This document shows, piece by piece, positions 49,069 to 60,666 of a DNA stretch of 64,000 nt. Below the pieces are notes generated by a model that was not told the DNA's origin, did not search any database, and saw only the letters and a program-made list of their open reading frames with translations. Position 1 is the first letter of the stretch. Each line of letters begins with the position of its first letter. Source of the stretch: Elsinoe ampelina (Eukaryota); assembly GCA_010093995.1 (NCBI GenBank), contig ML992507.1:1-64000 (forward strand), in the 5' to 3' direction. Position numbers and translations under genes: made by a program.

Positions 49069-52000
49069 ATGCGCAGACGTCAGTCCGGCTCCGGCGCCGA
49101 CGAAGACGAATCACCGTCCACCTCAGACGACCCGGATAGACATGCAGTCAAGAGTCGGAGGACTTCAATGGATCCCGCTCGACAAGGACAAGCACAAGCA
49201 CAAGCACAAGAGGAGGTCAAATACATCAGTCCATCTCGTCGGAAGAGCATTGACGCCAACAAAGCACTGAACACGACCGTTGACGCGACTGACGACAAGT
49301 CCGACTCCGACTCTGCCACATCTACAACTTCACTCTCCAAATTCCATCGCGAAAAGGCACAGCAGGCGGACATGGTTCCAAATCTGGGATACAAGCACCG
49401 CCCGCGCTTACGCAGTCCCTGGTCATGTTCTCTATTAACAATTGCGACTTCACTGGTCGCATTTGTCGTGCTCGCGACAATTGGACGCTCCTTCATCTCC
49501 TCACACATAGACCCCAAAGGATGTCACATGTCATACATGGCCGCCGCCTATGCCAAATTCGAAGACTTTGATACCGAACACACTCGCTTTGCCAGTAAAT
49601 ATTCCCTGTATTTGTATAGAGAAGGAGGGATCGACGATGATTCGAGGGTACGACCCACTTGGTGCCAAGTATATTGGTTGTTTCGCTAATACTCCCCCAG
49701 GTCAAGGGCATTCCCGTCCTCTTCATCCCTGGAAACGCTGGAAGTTACAAGCAAGTCCGATCGCTCGCCGCCGAGGCCGCATACTACTATCGCGATAATC
49801 TTCAACATGACCAAGCTGCTCAAGCTGCGGGAAAGCGACCCCTGGACTTTTTCTCGGTCGACTTTAACGAGGATATCACTGCTTTCCATGGCCAGACCCT
49901 CATCGACCAGGCTGACTACCTCAACGACGCCATTGCCTATATTCTCTCGCTCTACCATAACCCACATCGATCTGTGCGAGACCCCGACCTCCCAGATCCA
50001 ACATCGGTCATAATAGTCGGACATTCCATGGGTGGGATCGTGGCTCGCGCTATGCTTACACGCCCGAACTACCTTTCCAATAGCGTCAACACAATCATCA
50101 CACTCGCTGCTCCACATGCTAGGGCCCCTGTCTCCTTTGACTCGGACATGATCAGCATTTACCAGGACATCAATGACTACTGGAGAAAGTCATACTCGGA
50201 ACAGTGGGCTAGCAAGAACCCTCTGTGGCATGTCACACTCGTTTCTATTGCAGGAGGAGGTCTTGACACTGTGGTTCCGTCAGACTATGCCAGTCTGACA
50301 TCCTTGGTCCCGGAGACACACGGCTTTACAGTCTTTTCTTCCTCGATCCCATATGTCTGGACAGGAATGGACCATCTTGCCATAACTTGGTGCGACCAAT
50401 TGAGGAAGCCTGTCATCCGATCCATCTACGATGTCGTTGACGTCAAGCGGCCATCACAGACGCGATCGCGTGCAGACCGAATTACCACATTCCGCAAGCG
50501 CTTCTTGACTGGCCTGGAACCAGTGATGGAGAAGCAGCTACCGGCTCAAGAGTCCAAGATGCTTTTGACTCTTGAGGATGAGACCACATCCATTTCTATG
50601 CACAAGGAAAGGATCGATCTCAAGACACTAGGCCAACTTGGCAAAGCTGAAGCTCATGTACTGCCCATCCCACCTCAGGATCCACTCGAGGAGAAGCGCT
50701 TCACTGTTTTGACTGATCAACCTTTAGATGGGAGCAATGCCATTGAAGTCTACTTGTGCGGAGTGCAGCCGCATCAGCACGGTCAATCTGCAACTCTGTT
50801 TGCTATGAATATGGACCTGGCGAATGGCAAGGCTGGGTCGAATCGCCTTGCCTGTAAGAGTGCTGCTGCAGATGCCATTATCTTGCCTGGGTCATGGTCG
50901 CATTCTCAATTTGCCTTTGATGTGTCGCCTCACATGTACTACCTGGATTACGATATGACAGACATTGCCGACTACAACTTTGTCGCCATCATCGACCGTT
51001 CGACCGAGGAGCGACCAGGCTGGTTGATCGCCGAGTTTGCATCTGCTGCAGAATCTACCAGTGTAGTAAAGAAGAGCTTCCCGAGCCTGCTCTCTTCAGG
51101 AGTACAAAAGACACTTCCAGCGTCTCGACCTATGGTGCATACCATACACATTCCTGTCATACATTCCGCATTGCTCGCTTATCGTCTGTCGCTACAGCAA
51201 TCGTGCGAGAACAAGGATCTCCTCTTCCGACCGCTACTTAGACAGTACATCCTTAAGCCATACGAGACGAAATTCTTCCCCAACCCATCCGAACACATTA
51301 ATATCAACCTGCATGGTGTCTCGCCATATATCACACCTCCTCTCTCTTCTTCACACGCCGAAGATGGTCTTTCTCTTCAGCTCTGGTCTGATCCTTCTTG
51401 TGATGAGGAGATGTCAATCGACCTTCAAGTCGACCTATACGGATCAGCCGGCAAGCTGTATATGCGGTATCGAACCGTCTTTGCAGCGTTTCCTCTTCTG
51501 GTCGTTGCTCTTGTCTTGCGAAAGCAGTTCAAGATCTATAATGCTTCGGGCGTTTTCATCTCTTTCGCCGAGTCGATGGATCAATGCATTCGGACATCGC
51601 TACCACTTCTCTTCGTTGCTCTCACTTTCCTGGCTCTCTCGTTGGCTCGGACTGGAGGTCGATCAATACCGGATCATGATCGCTCAGATGCTGGTGCTAC
51701 AGAGACTTTCACTGGCTTCACCAAAAACGAGCTGCTCCTTGGATCATATGATCCTTTCTTTTGGTTTTTAATACCACTTTTTGGCATCATTAGCGTCGGC
51801 GTTTGCATTGCGGTCAACTTTGCCGTAATGGCTATTGTTTCGCTTCTTGGACTCTTATATACAGTCTTTTCCAACCTTTACTATGGAAAAGACTACACAC
51901 AGTACGTAACCTGCTCGTACTTGACGCGGATTGTGAGACTGACATTCATAGACGTTCGCCTTGTTTTTCAGCAATCTCACCCCTTCAGCGCCTCCTCACC

Positions 52001-52591
52001 ACGTCTATCCTTATCCTCCTCGTCGCCACCATCATCCCTTACCAATTCGCCTACCTGGTCCTCTGCTTCATTCAATTGGCCACTTGCGTCCGGGCTTCTC
52101 GCTACTCGGCAGAAACCAAGAATTTGGCCTCTTTCAACTTGGCATCCTACTCCACCTCCATCTTTCTCCTTCTCCTGTGGATCCTGCCCATCAATCTGCC
52201 AGTACTGGTCGTGTGGATCCACAACCTCAGCGTGCCATACCTCACGCCATTCAGCTCGCACCACAACATCATGAGCATTCTTCCTCTGATCCTCCTCATC
52301 GAGACCATCAGTACAGGTGCCATGATCCCTCGCATGACTTCGCGTTTGCGACTCGTCACCAACGTCCTGCTCTTCGGCGTCGCCATCTGGGCTGCTGTGT
52401 ATGGCGTGACGTGGGCTTACACCTTACACTGGGCAGCAAACGTCGTTGGCTCGTGGCTCGTGGGTATACACTTTTTGGGAAAGGTGGGAGAGGGAGAGGA
52501 GAAGCGGGGAGCCCACACAGGGCACGACGGAGCGGTGGGCAAGTGGATGGGCGAGATACGGAGGGTGGGCAGTAGGAAGAAGAGACCGTGA
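49069..52591 (+). CDS. BST1: GPI inositol-deacylase (PGAP1)
   Basis: YSLYLYREG, GIPVLFIPGNAGSYKQVRS, GHSMGG lipase motif and DHLAITWCDQ; C-terminal TM helices; introns at ~49648-49700 and ~51902-51951. Confidence 0.93.
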
Positions 52592-52840
52592 GATGTAAGA
52601 CTCGGTGAGGAGGGCCGGTGCTGGGCATCGTTTTTGTAGATAATACGACTGGATGTTTGGGGTGGTGTAATTGTAATTCGATGCGGTGCTGTGGCGCTGC
52701 TTTACTGTGACATTTATTTCCCGATCATCTTTCTCCACGATTGAGCAGCATGCAACGAAGAATCCCGAGCCACTGTCACAAGTCTCCTGGACGGCCATCC
52801 CATCCACCCTCCTCTCCCACTCCCTCAGCCAACAGCTCAC

Positions 52841-54592
52841 CTACCCCCTCCTCAGCGTATGCGCCTCGGTATTAAATACCCACTCATCCAGACTCCCCTC
52901 CTCAGGCCCACTGAAGATCAAAAAAGCATACTTCAACGTCTCAGCAAACCAATAACTCTCCATCTCATCCTTCTTCGGCGCCTCCGCATCCATGACATCC
53001 AAAACCGCCGCGCTCGCCACCTCGGTCCTCGTATGCTCCCTGATACGCAGGAACATATCCCACGCCTCCCCCCGCAGCTTCTCCTCCCCCGTCACGCGGT
53101 ACAGGTAGAACAAACTCTCCAGCGCCTCCGGGCGGAGTTTGAATTCCGCGTTTTGCACCTCCAGGATGCCGGTCGGCAGGCGGGAGACGCAGCCCTGGCG
53201 TTGGGAGGCGAAGTCTGAGCCTTGCCGGCCGGAGAAGCGGAGGAAGCAGGCTTCGAGGAAGGTGTTGTTGGTCCATTCGCAGGGGGCCGGGGGCGCGGGG
53301 CAAGGGAGGACGAAGGCTTCGTCGGGCATTATGCCGAGGGGGCTGGTGCGGTACATTTCCACGCAGCCGAGGGTTAGCTTGCGGCCGAGGGAGAGGTGGG
53401 TGGTGTTTGGGAGGAGGCGGGAGCCGAGGACGAGCATGCCGCCTGCGAAGCAGGCGAGGTGGTCTGCGCGGTGGAGGAGGTGGAGGCCGGAAGAGTTGGA
53501 GGTGGCGAGGGCGGGGAGGAGGACGTCCGGGAGGGTGGGGAGGAGGGGCCGGTAGAGGAGGTGGGTTGAGATGGTGGAGATGGCGGTTGTGTAGAGGTTG
53601 GTGTAGAAGGTGGAGCCGTTGAGGAGGAGGGAGGCTTTGATGAGGTATTCGTACATGGAGTCCGAGTCGCCGCCGAGGTGGAAGAGGCCGGTGCCGGTCG
53701 CGAAGACGGTGAGGTTGCGGGCGTTGACGGGTTTGGCGGGCCACATTCCGGGGAGGAGGGTGCGGTTTTGCCACGAGGAGAAGACGTGCATGATGCGGTC
53801 GGCGGGAGCGTACCAGCTGGCGTCACCGGTGATTTGGGCGAGGCGAATGTACTCCAGGCTCATGGTCCCGAGACTGGCGATGCTGCCTTCCTCGCTGGCT
53901 ATTACTGTACCTTCTCTAATCTCCTTCTCCCCGAGTACTGGAGGCGGCATCCCGTTCGGTGTGTCAAAGCCCTTCTTCAACAGAGTTGCCACCTCGATGG
54001 CTTTGGTCAACATCCTCTCGTCGCCGCTTTGATCGAATGCAGCCAGGAAGCCGCCCAGGTACCGGATAGTAGCTTCGAAGGTACTCACATATCCAGCCGG
54101 CATGACTGAAAAGTCAATCCCCGCAGCGTAGTCCGCCGCCTCTTTGAACTCGTCCTCTAGCCCCATAATCCAGAGCGTGTCTAGCGCATCCACCAGGGTC
54201 GCCGCCCATCCTCCATATGTGTCCTTTGGCTCCCCAGTGATTGGAGAGATTTCCGCCTTGCCCCATCCTTTGCTCTTGTATGCGTGCCAATCGCGGAGGA
54301 AGAGAGTCTTGATCTCTTCTCGGCGAGCAAGGCGGATCGTGCGATCTGCTGCTGACTCCGGTGGGAAATCGTACTGGATCCTCGGTATGGAACGATCGGG
54401 GGTTGGAAGTGTGAAGTCAGATGTCGGAGTCGGCGCATTGGGAGTGGTGGAGGCATTGTGGGATGGATGCTCAGCTACTGCTGGAATAGGCTGGTAGGCG
54501 ATGAAGCTGCAGCCAAAGGCCACCCACAGGGCGATCCATACTGCTAGGCAAGCGAGAATGGAAGGCTGTCGCCAGGGAGAGGTAGAGGTCAT
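52841..54592 (-). CDS. Class I alpha-1,2-mannosidase (GH47), type II membrane protein
   Basis: ATLVDALDTLWIMG, FEATIRYLGG, DSMYEYLIK, HLACFAGGM, LRPEALES, MESYWFAETLKY and FNTEAH motifs; N-terminal TM anchor. Confidence 0.93.
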   Translation of the reverse strand: MTSTSPWRQPSILACLAVWIALWVAFGCSFIAYQPIPAVAEHPSHNASTTPNAPTPTSDFTLPTPDRSIPRIQYDFPPESAADRTIRLARREEIKTLFLRDWHAYKSKGWGKAEISPITGEPKDTYGGWAATLVDALDTLWIMGLEDEFKEAADYAAGIDFSVMPAGYVSTFEATIRYLGGFLAAFDQSGDERMLTKAIEVATLLKKGFDTPNGMPPPVLGEKEIREGTVIASEEGSIASLGTMSLEYIRLAQITGDASWYAPADRIMHVFSSWQNRTLLPGMWPAKPVNARNLTVFATGTGLFHLGGDSDSMYEYLIKASLLLNGSTFYTNLYTTAISTISTHLLYRPLLPTLPDVLLPALATSNSSGLHLLHRADHLACFAGGMLVLGSRLLPNTTHLSLGRKLTLGCVEMYRTSPLGIMPDEAFVLPCPAPPAPCEWTNNTFLEACFLRFSGRQGSDFASQRQGCVSRLPTGILEVQNAEFKLRPEALESLFYLYRVTGEEKLRGEAWDMFLRIREHTRTEVASAAVLDVMDAEAPKKDEMESYWFAETLKYAFLIFSGPEEGSLDEWVFNTEAHTLRRG

Positions 54593-54796
54593 GTCATGAG
54601 GGACGGAAAAGTAGTGATGGGATGAGGACTGACCGTTGTCTGCTCCGAGAGCTACTTACATACTAAAAAGGCAGCGTATGCAGTCACCCGCATGGCGCTG
54701 GCAGGTTCAGGGAAACACAACGGCGCGCCGTATGTGCTGTAAGGCCCCCCGAGGGGCCTTGTGAAAGAAGAGAAGGAATTGAAGTGGAAGTCATTA

Positions 54797-54830
54797 TTCT
54801 TGTGCCCAAAAATCGCGGGATAAGCTTGGC
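54797..54830 (+). repeat. Left terminal inverted repeat TTCTTGTGCCCAAAAATCGCGGGATAAGCTTGGC
   Basis: Exact reverse complement of 58321-58354. Confidence 0.97.
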
Positions 54831-55024
54831 GTTTTAGATAGCTGCACCCACCAAAATCCACCAATATTTGCCCATTTCGTGAATTATTCATCCATCTCGC
54901 ATCCATTTGAAGCCGAACTGGTCTATACTATTAATCTATCTCGGAGGCCGAGTTAGACATTCATCTAGCGCGAATTAGACCCCATCTCGGATCACGAACT
55001 AGATACGAGCTAGATTGCTATCTT

Positions 55025-56067
55025 ATAGCGCCGCAACTATCTTAGCTATCTATCTAAGATTAACGCGATCTCTAAGCCTTTTTTAAGGATAGAAGGACAA
55101 TAGATAGCGTATATAGGCTTATACCTCACCTCTTACGTAGCGCTATTAGCTAGAGGCGCAAAAATTGGCATAATACTAGCTATATTAAGCTTCTAATAGC
55201 CCTCTAAGATAGGGGTTAGCTAAGGACCCTTACTAACGAGATGCTTAATGATCTTAAGCAGCTTATAATAGATAAGCCTAATATGTACTTAGACAAGTAC
55301 GTAGAGTACCTTAAGCTTAAATAGGAAGTGTTAGTGTCATAATCTACTATTAGTTATAGCCTCCTTTCTCGAGATTTGCTACTTAAGGTAATAGGTCAGA
55401 TTACTAGCTAGAGGGACGAGGGATTATGTAGTACTTAGCGTAAGGACGTTAAGCACTATTAGAGCAACTAGCTCATCTTTGTTAACGAGGCTATAGTAAG
55501 CAAAAGGTACTTAATAAGGCGCTAAGGTCGTGCTATATAAGGCGTACTAGTAGCAGATTAGATAGGCTAGCATATTAGTAAGCGCTTCTTAGTGCTTCTA
55601 GCTATTACTAAGGAGAGGTAGTTAAAGAATCCTATAGTCTTCTAAGGCTTAATTACCACTAAGATCTTTGAGGATTAGTTTTAGAACTACCTAATGCTAT
55701 AGTATATACCTTTTCTAGGCCCGCGGTTAGTAGTAGTACTAGATAATTACTCGATTCACCGGCGTAAAGTAAGCAAAATCGAATATAAGTAAGTACTAAG
55801 CTAACACTTTAGGTACTTATATATATTACTTATAGTTATAGAGTCGCTATTATCTTCCTACTAGCCTATTTACTAGATCTTAATCTAATAGAGAAGAGCT
55901 TCCACCTATTAAAGTAGTAGATACGCCGTTACTACCACCTTGCGCCGGAGTGGCTATTACTAGAGTATTATAGCAATTTTATAGACTTTATATAAGAGGC
56001 AGCTAATAGGTTTAGCGACGGCGTAGATTAGAAGACTATCTTTAGGAGTTGCGTAGTAAACGTGTAA
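55025..56067 (+). pseudogene. RIP-mutated DD34E (DDE_3) transposase
   Basis: Frame reads LIFVNE (ancestral D, GAC>AAC), KRF.VL.AIT, GPR.VVVLDNYSIH, intron 55769-55812, then LLAYLLDLNLIEKSF (ancestral LPAYSPDLNPIE); 34 residues lie between the second D and the E; many TAG/TAA stops; start ATG>ATA. Confidence 0.88.
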
Positions 56068-56169
56068 TATTGACAGAAGGACTATATAAGCTCGTTATTA
56101 TCTATATTAGTCTTAATATTAGCCTTATTATTACGCTACGCATCGTTCTATAGTACTCTATCGATAGGT

Positions 56170-58000
56170 GGCAAATACTTACGTATAAACCTCTAGAGGG
56201 ACAACTAGATAAGGCTACGAAGGCTAAATTATAGTATAGCCTCTTTAATATTGTCCTTTAATGCCTTTTAAAGTAGCCTTACGTTCTAATAGCTACGCTC
56301 GAGGTCCGTAAAGGTAGCACTAAGCTGTGCTTAGTAAGCCGGATTTTTATGCTTAAGAAACTTAAAAAATTAGCAGAGGTAGGCTAGAGAGTTAAGTCCC
56401 TTAGCGTACAAGGAGAATCTATTACTTTAAGAGCGTAGTAACCTCGAACTACGTTAAGCTAGATAATAAGGGTTAGTAGGGGTATTAGTAGAGGTCGAAA
56501 GAGGTGCTATAGGACTATAGCTATTTATAAAGAATTGTTAGTAGAGAGGGGAGAGGTAGAGGAGGTATAGTAGAGCCCCGGAGAAAGAGGAGAAGAACTA
56601 GCCTTTAATACCTTAGCGTTAGTTACGTTGTTTCTAAATCCGGTAATAGGCCTTCTAAATTTGCTTAATCACGTACTTTAAAGGCTGCTAGATAGTCGAA
56701 TTACTAGCGCGGAGGTCCTTACGCTATGTAAAAGCCACGTCCTTAGTAATAGAATAGTATATAATCGACTCGGCGTTGTCTATAGGGAAGTATACTACTC
56801 GATGCTCGTTTAGATAGTACACGCTGGTATAACTCTAAAAACTCCTTATATTAAGCTAGAATTGGTCTCGGAAGTGCATCTTAGCCTAGCAATTACGTGC
56901 TAAGTTAGTACGTACCTCCCTAAGGTCGTTCTAGCTTATTCGAGCATCTAGTAGCACGTACTTAGTTAGTAGAGAAGGCGCTAACTACTAAGATTACGAC
57001 ACCTCTAGAGGAGCGCTTAGCGTAACTAGCGTAACTAGCACCTCTACTGCTAGTGTAATCTATAACTCTCTAACAATAAGCTTAAGGTACCGGACCTTAA
57101 TATTGCTATAAAATTACAGCTGCTACTTAAGCCTATAATAGGAAGAGTTAAGGGCACTAAAGTCCTTAAAGACAGCACATAGTTTAAGGGTATTTACACG
57201 GTTAAAGAGCTCGGTATTATAGTCCTTAATGCGTAACTCGACCCTTATCTCGCTAGCGGTACAGTTAACAAGGCAGCTTAAATCTAGCTAGAGGCCTAAT
57301 AGACCCTTAGTAGTGTTTCTAGTACTCTCTATATTGCCGATTATGCCTCTATTAAGTTTAGTAATTCACCGCAAAAGGAAATTAACAACCCGTAGCTACG
57401 AGGAGGCTAGTAGTAAAGCCTCCTACTAGCTTAACACCTGCTGACTCCTTAGCGACAATAATATAATACTACGAGTACTAGAGAAGTTAGAAATAGAGTG
57501 CTAGGCATCTTTCTAACTCTCTAAAGCCCCTCGTAGTGTTCGTTTATTTATATCGCTATCTTATAGTACTTAGAGAGGTTGTCGGGGGTTACTCTTAGCA
57601 TAAGCGTAGGTTCTTAGACTATTAGCATTCTTAGCTCCCTTTTTTAGCTATCTCGGCAGAGTCTTTTTAATAGCCTTTATAACCGGCGCGTTCTCCTCCT
57701 TACTAGTTTCCACAGTTATAGCTTAAGGTTTCCTTCTCTTACGACTAGTCGGTAGTTTCGAATAGACAGGCTTAGGCTCGAAGGTAGATAGTAGCTTACT
57801 AGCTATTAAGTAGCTAGAGCGACGTAAATTGCTTAGAGAGTGTTTATTAGGCTCCTCTAATGCTAGAGGGTCTCGAAATCGAACGTTCTAAGCACTTAAC
57901 CAAGTGTTACTATCGCTTAGCAGAGCAGGTATTTACTCTAAGTTTAAGAGCAGTAATAACCTTCTAGTAGCTAACAAAGCGTATAATTGTGTTATGCATA
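56170..58000 (-). pseudogene. Second RIP-mutated gene inside the transposon (unknown function)
   Basis: Long minus-strand frame broken mainly by RIP-type TAG/TAA stops; basic PTSRKRRKP patch (~57725-57750); GTACGT..CTAAC..TAG intron at ~56886-56961; ends uncertain. Confidence 0.55.
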
Positions 58001-58320
58001 TACTAGGACGTATAGTTAACTACTCTTTATTAATCTTATAACCGCCCTTAGGCTAAGGAGTTGAAGATTGTTCAGAAACGGTAGAAAGGTCATCTAGTGG
58101 TAGTAATGCTATAGAGAAGTTAAGTAAACTGTTTAGGGCGCGCTAATGGCCAATTCGAGCTTAGGTGGAAATATCGGTCGATAGGGACATTAGTACACCC
58201 TCAAATCCTATATCAGTCAGTTATCCAGCTTGGTTACAGCTTCATGGGGGGTGTAAACCGTGTTAGGAGTGTTGTTTGGGGGTAAATTGGTGTCTGGTCA
58301 CGCAAATTCGCGGAGGGCTT

Positions 58321-58354
58321 GCCAAGCTTATCCCGCGATTTTTGGGCACAAGAA
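58321..58354 (-). repeat. Right terminal inverted repeat
   Basis: GCCAAGCTTATCCCGCGATTTTTGGGCACAAGAA followed by TA. Confidence 0.97.
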
Positions 58355-58472
58355 TAGCTCCATCTGGTCTGTGCGCTTGCTCTTCGCGTACCCTTGGTAT
58401 CTCGTCCGGGCACACGTAATTGGTGGAATCAAAAGATCGGACGAGGTCTGGCATGATCATCTCATTGTGTAT

Positions 58473-60188
58473 CTACAATTCGTCCTTCTCCTTCTTAACA
58501 CCAGTCTCGTGGTCGATATTCTTCTTGCCATCAAATCTCTCCGCAATGGCTTCCAGACTTGGACCTTTGGTCTCGACGAAAAAAGCCCATACCCCAAGGC
58601 ACTCGAGCACCAACCACCCGACGTAGACAAGGTAGTACCGCCATCCGATCGCGGCCAGACCGATGGGATTGACCAGAGCATTGACGAAGATCGCTGCCTT
58701 GCCGAAGAGCATGAGTACGCTGAATCCTTTGGCCCGGATCGGGTATGGCAGGACTTCTACGGGATAGCTGTACAGCAAAGCGTTGAAGGCGAGATTGTAC
58801 GAAAGATAAAACAGGAACAGCATTGGTATGACGGCTGTGCCAGCGCTACGATCGCCCCGCGTGTTGAACAGTCCTGCACACAAAGTCTGCGTGGCGAAGA
58901 CTGCCAGCATGCCGCCCACGGAGAGGAGGAATTGAGTGCGACGACGCAAGTAGGCCGTGAGAAAGGCCGAAGCGACCGCGGTCATCCAATTGAAGATCTG
59001 CAGGCTGCCATTCATGATGTTCTGCTCCCGCGCACTGGTGATGCCGACAGTCTCGAGCACGCGGGCGAGGTAGTAGCTGACGAGGCCGTTGCCGGACCAT
59101 TGACTGAATAGGCCCAGCATGACAATGATGAAGATCCTTCGGCGGTTGCCTGGAGTGCTCCAGAGCGCTGACCAAGGTGTCTCATTCTCGGTCTCAGCGC
59201 GGATGACAGCCTCCATCTCCCGGTGAGAAAGTGTGACGAAAAGGTCACTGTTTGGTAGGTCATTGCCGTGGTATTTCCTGATGATGGCAAGTGCTTCATC
59301 GCTGCGGGACTTTGATATGAGGAAGCGAGGTGACTCTGGTAGTAGCTGGACCCCGATGATGGCGATGAGAGCTGGCAATGCCTGCAAGAGACACGGTACC
59401 CGCCAGGCCCAGTCGTTGGGGATGCTGTACATGCCGAAGCCTATCCAAGCCGCAAGAATTGCACCGATATACCAGCTCGTTTGATATAAAGATGTAATCA
59501 CCTGTCTGTCTTTCGGATGGGCAAGCTCTCCGATCAAGATGGGTGCATAGGTGTTGGCGAAGACCAGACCGAAGCCGACGATGAAGCGGGAGATCATGAA
59601 CATTGGCACTGTCGTAGCAGGTCAGCCCAGTACACGCGAGAACAAGAGCGACCGATGCTGTACAGGCCGGTTCGCGCTACAGTAAAAGGAGAATTTTCCT
59701 TACAATTCACAGATGCCGCCTGGATGATCCCACCCACCAGCATGGTACCACAGCCAACAGTGACACCCCATTTCCTACCCCATCGATCCCCTACATAGCT
59801 GATGAACGGAGTCGCCAAACAAGATCCTAAAGCCAGGATAGCACTGATGCATCCAAGCAGGACACCTCTTGGTCGACCAAAGTCTGAGAAATGTCAGTCT
59901 CGCCTCTATGTGCTAGGCATGGTCCAACTCACATCTATCCCAAGCAGGAGTCGCCTGCAAAGAATTGATCAACGCCGTATCATAACCGAGCGTAACCGCT
60001 GCTCCAAGGCACCCGCATACCAGTAGAAGGTAGAGGCGAAGCAGGTTAGGATTGCGATAAAACGCCGGGCTCTCCTGAGCGAGCTGGCGGATCTTCTGAT
60101 CCAGTTGAGAGACGTCAATGTGCTCGCTCGCCTCTGCAGAGTCTTCGACGAACGACCTGTCGGCTTGCTGGTTTTGTGATTTCTCCAT
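58473..60188 (-). CDS. MFS sugar porter, lactose/cellodextrin permease-like clade
   Basis: GYD..LINSLQ, DRWGRK, ELAHPKDR, PESPRFL, SQWSGNGLVSYYL, YPVEVLPY.IRAKG and VETKG.SLE motifs; introns at ~59885-59931 and ~59610-59702. Confidence 0.92.
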
Positions 60189-60666
60189 GATTGGGTTTTG
60201 CGACTCTACCGTGGGGAGGTCCGACGTGACCTACCGCGAAGATAAAGGACGTGGGAGACATCGTCACTGTGCAGTCGGTACGGCACTGCCCCGGCACTGG
60301 GATGGTGTGGCGCCACAAGGCCTTTCATTTCAGACATGTAGGATCATTGCCACGATGTGCAAGCATGCGGCAGGTCGATCCCCCGCTCTCCGCAAACACC
60401 GCCCTTGGCATCATCCCCAGATCATCCCTGGCCGATAGATCGCCTTCGGCTCGCTGTATCTTTACCGCGAAGACCGAGATGGTGGAATTGCCGCTGTGTA
60501 TGTCGTCTTGCAAGGATAGTTCTCTGCCAGCATATCGAATCTGCATTGTCGAATTGGTTCTCTGCGAACAGAAGCAGCGACGCCTAACATCATCATCTGT
60601 GCGACTGGTGCAAGTCGAGCGATTGCATCTTCACCATCCAGGTCCTCCACCAGCATAGTGACCTCC

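Larger units (their letters stand above)
54797..58354 (+). mobile_element. Full-length (3,558 bp) RIP-inactivated Tc1/mariner-IS630 superfamily DNA transposon
   Basis: Perfect 34-bp TIRs, TA on both flanks (54795-54796 and 58355-58356), RIP-type TA-rich interior and a degenerate DD34E transposase. Confidence 0.93.

Noticed and set aside
52859..54109. Many Pro/Arg/Gly-rich overlapping ORFs here and at 6.8-7.5, 27.2-28.0, 30.1-31.0, 35.0-35.8 and 42.5-43.8 kb
   Set aside because: By-products of extreme C/G skew (few stop codons) in alternative frames of real genes.
58260..59111. 283-aa plus-strand ORF
   Set aside because: Antisense shadow of the sugar transporter, starting inside the transposon end.
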